NCBI GenBank assembly: GCA_041659685.1
Contig: JBAZXV010000002.1
Coordinates: 39,527-103,526, forward strand
Direction: 5' to 3'
Source of the DNA: Parcubacteria group bacterium
GTDB lineage: Bacteria > Patescibacteriota > Minisyncoccia > Moranbacterales > UBA11712
DNA: 64,000 bases
Position 1 is the stretch's first letter. Every line of letters begins with the position of its first letter. The notes below the pieces were generated by a model, which worked only from the letters and a program-made list of their open reading frames with translations, did not search any database and was not told the origin of the DNA. Shown here one piece after another: positions 58,399 through 64,000 of the stretch. The translations under genes and the position numbers were made by a program.

Positions 58399-59295
58399 TT
58401 AAAGAAAAACGAGGATTGTTCCGGCGGTAATCAGGGCTATCCCGGCGGCCTTGGAAAAAACATTTGCGAAACTTTTATGCCGAATGAATACTTTTCTGAA
58501 GTAAAAAGACATTCCGAAAGCGAAAACGAAGGTCAGAAGATACTGTACGGAAACAAGCGCGCTGACCACAGCGACGCTTCCAAGGAAAATTCCATAATTA
58601 ATGAGCAGCATCCCTATTCCCGCGATAGTTTTGGCCGTTATTGTTCCGAACAGATTGACAAGGCTGCGTTTTACGGATTTTCTTTTCCAATTGGCGCGTA
58701 TCTCTTTTCGGAAAGAAGGGAGTACGAGAGACAAAAGAGCGCCGGAAAAAATTCCGAGCCGGTTGAAAACATAGCCCGCCAGAAAATTTTGCCCGTTATA
58801 AGAATATTTGAGCATCACGAGGGAAATCGACGAGAGGAGAGCGGCCAGAAGCACCATCTGCCATCCTGAAAAAAATCTTTTCCTGTAGAATTTAAAAGAA
58901 ATAAAAAAACCTCCGGCGACGAGGAGAAGAATGGCGATTAATATCAGCTGATGAATTTGTTCATGGAGAAAAAGGAAGCAAAAAAGCAGAGTAAGGAGCG
59001 TTATCGCCGCTCCCTGCAGAGTATAAACTCTTTCAGCTGATGACCGGAGGAGAGCGCTGAAGAGAAGCCCCAGCGAGACATAGAAAATAATTCCGGAGGA
59101 ATAGGTTATTAAAAAAGGAGTCAAGCCGCCCCACTTGAGACCGAAAGGAGAGAGCGCGACAGTAAAAAGAGAAAAAAAACCGGTATAGAAAGTATAGAGG
59201 CGCCAACCCTTGAGTCTTCCGGCCAGAAGATATTTACTGATGATCGCTTCGACTGCGAGAAGCGCGTATCCCGAAATGGCGAACGAAATCCACAT
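58399..59295 (-). CDS. DMT/EamA-like transporter
   Basis: About 10 TM in two repeats. Confidence 0.75.
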   Translation of the reverse strand: MWISFAISGYALLAVEAIISKYLLAGRLKGWRLYTFYTGFFSLFTVALSPFGLKWGGLTPFLITYSSGIIFYVSLGLLFSALLRSSAERVYTLQGAAITLLTLLFCFLFLHEQIHQLILIAILLLVAGGFFISFKFYRKRFFSGWQMVLLAALLSSISLVMLKYSYNGQNFLAGYVFNRLGIFSGALLSLVLPSFRKEIRANWKRKSVKRSLVNLFGTITAKTIAGIGMLLINYGIFLGSVAVVSALVSVQYLLTFVFAFGMSFYFRKVFIRHKSFANVFSKAAGIALITAGTILVFL

Positions 59296-59331
59296 ATGAT
59301 TTAATCTTTGATATTTATTTTATCCGTTTGC

Positions 59332-59353
59332 TGCAATGCGTCAGCGCATTGCA
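59332..59353. repeat. REP-like intergenic hairpin
   Basis: TGCAATGCG-TCAG-CGCATTGCA. Confidence 0.5.
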
Positions 59354-59425
59354 ACAGGATTGACTCTGTCTTTTTGCGCTAAATTGGAAGAATTTCCCTG
59401 AAAATCTCATCAAAAGAATAAAAAA

Positions 59426-60697
59426 TTACGGTTCAGCGCGGGGAGTCAGTTTGTTTTCTTTGCAAATTTTCGCGAATTCATACGCGCTGGGACGAATTCT
59501 GCGTTCCATGGTTTTATAGTCCACTTCAATGAGTCCGAATCGCGGCCAAAAACCGCGCACTTCCGGCATTTCAAAGTTATCCAAGAATGACCAGTAAAGA
59601 TAACCTCTCACATCCACTCCGTCTTGGATGGCCCGGTGAATCCAATAAAGATGTTCCTTCACAAATCTTTCCCGTTGAACATCCGCGGAGTCCGCCAATC
59701 CGTTTTCGGTAATATAAATCGGGAGATTGTATTTATGGATTTTTTTCAGGACATGATAAATTCCCTTTGGACAGATCTCCCAACCGAGGTCCGTTTTATC
59801 CTTCAGGGGAATTTTTCTCTCCCTATGAGCGACTATGATTCTGATGTAATAGTTATAGCCTATAAAGTCCAGGTAACCCTTGGATCTTTTGAGAAAAAAA
59901 TTACTGAAACCGCTCAGAAAAGAGGCTAATAATTTATTGATGGGTTTCCATATTTCAACTTGGAAAAAAACTGCGCTATGCGCGAAGCCCGCCTTGGATT
60001 TTGGACTGATATTGTGAATAATTCCATATGATTTTTTGTAGGCTTTCAGCAGATTAAAGTATGCTTTCAGAAAATAGAAAGGGTTCTTTTTTCCGGGCGG
60101 TTGGGTGCCTAACAAATAACTGAATCCCGTGTAAACATTGGGCTCGTTTATCACAAGCCAGAATCTCACGTCTTCTCCCAAAGATCTCAATATCTTTTCA
60201 ATGTATCTTTCGAAGAATGACACTGATTTTTTTGAAACCCATCCTCCTTTTTCATTGAACCAGACGGGATTAGTGAAATGCCAAAGCGTCACGAACGGTT
60301 CCATACCGCGCGCGCGGATCGCACGGATGACTTTTCGGTAGTGTTCTATTTCGTGTTCGTCGAACTCTCCTTCTTTGGGCTCGATTCGCGACCATTCGAT
60401 GGAAATGCGGAAGGCATTCATGTTCAACGATTCAGCAATATCAAAATCTTTCTCGTAGCGGTTATAATGTTCGCAGGCGCGGCCGGAAATATAATTTTCG
60501 GGATCAAACATTTCGGGAAATTTTTCTTGCTGCCAGCGCGCCCATTTCGTTTTTGCTTTGCCGGCAAGGCGCTTTGCGTTTTCCTTTTCCCACTCCGTCC
60601 AATCATTCATATTTCCTCCTTCGACTTGGTGGGCCGAAATCGCCGCCCCCCAAAGGAATCCTTTCGGAAATCGCAAAGATTTATTTTTATCTTCCAT
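59426..60697 (-). CDS. Glycoside hydrolase family 1
   Basis: FPKGFLWG...HQVEG, INEP, ITENG, DNFE. Confidence 0.93.
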   Translation of the reverse strand: MEDKNKSLRFPKGFLWGAAISAHQVEGGNMNDWTEWEKENAKRLAGKAKTKWARWQQEKFPEMFDPENYISGRACEHYNRYEKDFDIAESLNMNAFRISIEWSRIEPKEGEFDEHEIEHYRKVIRAIRARGMEPFVTLWHFTNPVWFNEKGGWVSKKSVSFFERYIEKILRSLGEDVRFWLVINEPNVYTGFSYLLGTQPPGKKNPFYFLKAYFNLLKAYKKSYGIIHNISPKSKAGFAHSAVFFQVEIWKPINKLLASFLSGFSNFFLKRSKGYLDFIGYNYYIRIIVAHRERKIPLKDKTDLGWEICPKGIYHVLKKIHKYNLPIYITENGLADSADVQRERFVKEHLYWIHRAIQDGVDVRGYLYWSFLDNFEMPEVRGFWPRFGLIEVDYKTMERRIRPSAYEFAKICKENKLTPRAEP

Positions 60698-60789
60698 ACT
60701 CTAATTTTATCACAAATGAGGATATTCAGGTATTAAGAGGTTATTTTGTGCTATAATTCAAATAAGGCTAAAATTAATGCCAAAAATAT

Positions 60790-61527
60790 ATGAAACAAAA
60801 AGAAAACGGACCATCCCAAAGCAATAGTATTCCGGCTTCTCCTCAAAAAAACAGCAATAAGACGCTTTTTTGGATATTGGGCGGATGCCTGGCGCTGTTT
60901 ATAATAACCATACTTGTTGTCGGGGGACTGGTTTTTTGGGGGTATAAGAAAATTAATCGGGCAGCCGATTATAATAAACGCCAAATTGAAGAGCGGCAAA
61001 ACGAGATGAATAAACCAAAAGAGAGTCCGCAAAGCATAAGCGAGCCGGCGCCGAAGGTTATCAGCGAAGAGCCGCAGATCAATTCCGGCGGGGCGCAAAG
61101 CGCAGAGGGCGCGCAGCCTTTTGCAGGGGAAAGACAAATCGGATACATCAAAAAAGTTTACGCAAAAAACGGCGTTGATTATATTGATATAGATTATATC
61201 CAATGGCTTACGGGAACGGAAGCGGAGAAAGCCATGCGCGAGGACGGTGAATGCCCGAAAACGGGAGAATGCGTCGTGCTGGACGATTATTATATCCGAA
61301 ACGTCAATTCTCTGATTCGCACTTTTGAAATTGCGGCGGATGCGGAAATTACAATGCAAACTTATTCAATGGAGAAAACCGGGAAAATTCAGCCCGAAAA
61401 AATAAGTTTTGACCAGTTGAGCCGTCTGTTTGCGCCAAGCGCGGATCCAAGATTTAAAGATGTTCCCTATATTGTCGAAATCAGCAGCAATAAAATCACA
61501 AAAATAAACGAGCAATACATTCCCTGA
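60790..61527 (+). CDS. Membrane-anchored hypothetical protein
   Basis: Single TM plus extracellular domain. Confidence 0.7.
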   Translation: MKQKENGPSQSNSIPASPQKNSNKTLFWILGGCLALFIITILVVGGLVFWGYKKINRAADYNKRQIEERQNEMNKPKESPQSISEPAPKVISEEPQINSGGAQSAEGAQPFAGERQIGYIKKVYAKNGVDYIDIDYIQWLTGTEAEKAMREDGECPKTGECVVLDDYYIRNVNSLIRTFEIAADAEITMQTYSMEKTGKIQPEKISFDQLSRLFAPSADPRFKDVPYIVEISSNKITKINEQYIP

Positions 61528-61679
61528 TGCGGCGGTGGCACTCCAAAAAAATCCGGGTTTGATATTTAGGCTTGCGGCGGCCAGGAGCGGGAGATGCATA
61601 GACAGATTATCAAGTATTTGGGATAATTATTTCAGATAAATTTTAAGTTGGAGGCCGGTCCTCCTTTTATTTAATAAAA

Positions 61680-63206
61680 ATGAAAAACATTCAAATTCTA
61701 ATCGTGGATATGGGGTCGCAATACACTTTGGTCATCGGAAGAACGCTCAGAGAGATGGGATACCGGAGCGCGATTTTGTCTCCGGGAAAAACTGAAGGCT
61801 GGCTCAAATCCAATAAACCAAGCGCAATTATCCTGTCAGGCGGGAGCGCGAGCGTCTATGAAGAAAATTCTCCGCAGCCCCCCAAAAATATCTTTAAAAT
61901 AAATGTTCCTGTTCTGGGCGTGTGCTATGGCATGCAATGGATCGCGCACACCGGGGGCGGCCGGGTCATCTCACACCATGAGCGAAAAGAATATGGTGAA
62001 GCGACAGCAGAGTTTGACACAAAAGACCTCTTGTTCCATGGCATAAAAAAGAAAAGTGTGGTTTGGGCAAGTCATGGAGACAGCGTGGAAAAAGTGCCGG
62101 ATGGATTCAAGGTAATTGCCAGATCCGGGGATGGGAAAATAATCGAAGCCATGAGCAGTCCGGCAAAAAAAATATGGGGCGTTCAATTTCATCCCGAGGT
62201 TACGCATTCCAGGGAAGGCAAAAAAGTTTTGATTAACTTTATCGAACGAATCGCAAGATGTGAAAAAGATTGGCAGCCGGCAGACATGATTAACGACATT
62301 CGAAATGAAGTTTCGAAAGCGATGCAAACTAAAAAGGCCATTATTGGCTTTAGCGGCGGAGTTGATTCAACAGCGCTTTCGGCCGTCATTGCGCCGGTCT
62401 CCGGGAAAAATCTCTTGGCCGTCTGCATCGATACGGGAGGACTCCGCAGAAATGAACTCGAAGAAATAAAATTTAATGCCCAGGCGGCAGGCGTAAAACT
62501 GAAAATCGTAAAAGCCTCAGATCGGTTTCAAAAAGCAATCGGGAAGCAGACCCATTCGGAACTGAAGCGCAAAAATTTCAAAAAAATTTACGGCCGTATT
62601 TTTGAGGAAGAAGCCAGGAAGTTCAAAGCTGATTTCATTGTGCAGGGGAGTCTTGCCACCGATCTTATCGAATCGGGATCCGCCGGAAAAGCCGACCTTA
62701 TAAAATCACACCACAACGTGGGGCTTAATCTTAAAGTGAAGGAATTGCATCCATTCCGAAATCTCTTTAAGTATGAAGTGCGGGAACTGGCGCGGTCGCT
62801 CAAGCTTCCGCAGTCCGTTTCGGGAAGGCAGCCCTTTCCGGGCCCGGGTCTTTTCATCCGAGTAATTGGAGAACCGCCGACAAAAGACAGGCTTGAAATT
62901 GTCCGTTGGGCGGACGGTGAGGTAACCGATATTCTCAAAAAACATAAGGTCTATCAGGGTGTTTCCCAGCTCATCGTGGCGCTGGACTGCCAGCGGACAG
63001 TCGGTATCAAGGGTGATGGGCGCGTCTATGCCTATTCAGTTATTGTGCGCGGAGTGAAAACTCTGGATTTTATGACCGCCGAAGGTTATCAATTTTCAGC
63101 CGATGTCCGGCGTGAGATATCAAACTCCGTCACCAAGCATCCAAGGATTGTCCGTGTCTTTTTCGACGAAACCAATAAGCCGCCGGCGACGACGGAGATG
63201 GAGTAA
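61680..63206 (+). CDS. guaA: GMP synthase (glutamine-hydrolysing)
   Basis: GSQY, GVCYGMQ, QFHPE, SGGVDS, IKSHHNVG, PFPGPG. Confidence 0.96.
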   Translation: MKNIQILIVDMGSQYTLVIGRTLREMGYRSAILSPGKTEGWLKSNKPSAIILSGGSASVYEENSPQPPKNIFKINVPVLGVCYGMQWIAHTGGGRVISHHERKEYGEATAEFDTKDLLFHGIKKKSVVWASHGDSVEKVPDGFKVIARSGDGKIIEAMSSPAKKIWGVQFHPEVTHSREGKKVLINFIERIARCEKDWQPADMINDIRNEVSKAMQTKKAIIGFSGGVDSTALSAVIAPVSGKNLLAVCIDTGGLRRNELEEIKFNAQAAGVKLKIVKASDRFQKAIGKQTHSELKRKNFKKIYGRIFEEEARKFKADFIVQGSLATDLIESGSAGKADLIKSHHNVGLNLKVKELHPFRNLFKYEVRELARSLKLPQSVSGRQPFPGPGLFIRVIGEPPTKDRLEIVRWADGEVTDILKKHKVYQGVSQLIVALDCQRTVGIKGDGRVYAYSVIVRGVKTLDFMTAEGYQFSADVRREISNSVTKHPRIVRVFFDETNKPPATTEME

Positions 63207-63209
63207 AAA

Positions 63210-64000
63210 ATGAATTTATCACTTCTCGAAAAACTGAAAAAGTGGCAAAACGAGCGGGCGCGGCGGGATAATATCGAAGCCTATCGCGTTTTGCCTTATT
63301 TGACGCTGGAAGAAATCGCGAGGCGTGAGCCCCGGACATCTGCGGAACTTCTTGAAGTCAAAGGAATTAAAGAAAAGAAAATGGCGCGGTACGGAAAGGA
63401 AATTCTGGCGATTGTGAATGAAGCGCCGGATGATCAAGGCTTGACCTTTCTCCCCCCGACGTTACGTCGGGGTTCCTCAAGGTCGAACCTTGCAGACGAC
63501 AATATTTTTGAAGTCGGGGAATATTTGGATTTTTTGAATCTGAAGCTCCTTGACGCCGAGGCGAAAATAAAAGGAGAAGTGTCCAGTGTTGAAAATCGGG
63601 GAAACTATATTTTTTTTGGGATAAAGGATAAAGAGAACGAAAGCCTTTTGAATTGTTTTATCTGGGGAAATGACTATCGGATCAGCGGCGTAGAGCTTGA
63701 AGAGGGAATGGAAGTCGTCATCTGGGGCTATCCAAATGTGTATAAACCGAGCGGGAGACTTTCATTTCAAACCAAACTCATTGAAATTGTGGGAGAAGGA
63801 GCGCTTAAAAAAGCCTATGACGAGCTGAAAAGAAAGCTGGAAAGTGAGGGTGTGTTTGCGCCGGAGCGAAAAAAAATAATTCCCGATTTTTCCCATAAAA
63901 TAGGGCTTATCACATCACATCAGGGCGCAGCGATCGGAGATTTCACGTCTAATCTGGGAAGTTACGGTTTTCAGATAAAATTCTATGACACCCGAGTGGA
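63210..64000 (+). CDS. xseA: Exodeoxyribonuclease VII large subunit with N-terminal HRDC domain (3'-truncated by window)
   Basis: Own translation: HRDC-like LKKW..ERA...TLEEIA...ELLEVKGI...YGKEIL, then GEVSS...GEGALKKAYDELKRKLESEG.F...IGLITS..GAAIGDF. Confidence 0.88.
   Translation, partial: MNLSLLEKLKKWQNERARRDNIEAYRVLPYLTLEEIARREPRTSAELLEVKGIKEKKMARYGKEILAIVNEAPDDQGLTFLPPTLRRGSSRSNLADDNIFEVGEYLDFLNLKLLDAEAKIKGEVSSVENRGNYIFFGIKDKENESLLNCFIWGNDYRISGVELEEGMEVVIWGYPNVYKPSGRLSFQTKLIEIVGEGALKKAYDELKRKLESEGVFAPERKKIIPDFSHKIGLITSHQGAAIGDFTSNLGSYGFQIKFYDTRV

Noticed and set aside
61530-61679. Purine riboswitch upstream of guaA
   Set aside because: No three-way-junction consensus recognised.
1-64000. 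CRISPR array or cas genes
   Set aside because: No regularly spaced 23-47 bp repeats with unique spacers and no Cas motifs; junction repeats are kilobases apart.

Overview
AT-rich bacterial DNA whose gene content and short palindromic repeats suggest Patescibacteria/CPR (inference, no database check). Positions ~1-50,630 form a tandem accretion of integrated elements. Their junctions carry five divergent copies of a motif that, where complete, starts with the 16S rRNA 3'-terminal anti-Shine-Dalgarno sequence (CACCTCCTTTCTAGGGAGAT) and continues as a structured trailer ending GGRCAACCGCAAAARTYTGC. No rRNA gene lies in the window. Two large elements (<1-15,046 and 15,027-38,830) share an architecture: a Xer-like recombinase followed by a dif-like 11-6-11 site, cargo, a replication module and a further tyrosine integrase. 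Element 2 also has a left-end integrase, a lone small terminase and a structured ncRNA candidate. Cargo is defence-rich: a HEPN fused to a degenerate nucleotidyltransferase; a type III RM with a nuclease insert and an AbiU2-like HEPN; and a type I RM enclosing a PIN gene and a Pycsar-like module with TWO class III cyclases, one lacking the catalytic Asn/Lys. Smaller segments carry an orphan hisG, kinases, Fic, a CPA2 antiporter and a 1358-aa nucleotidyltransferase-domain protein. The right end looks chromosomal: DHS-like gene, ars-type operon, glycosidases, guaA, and an HRDC-xseA fusion.
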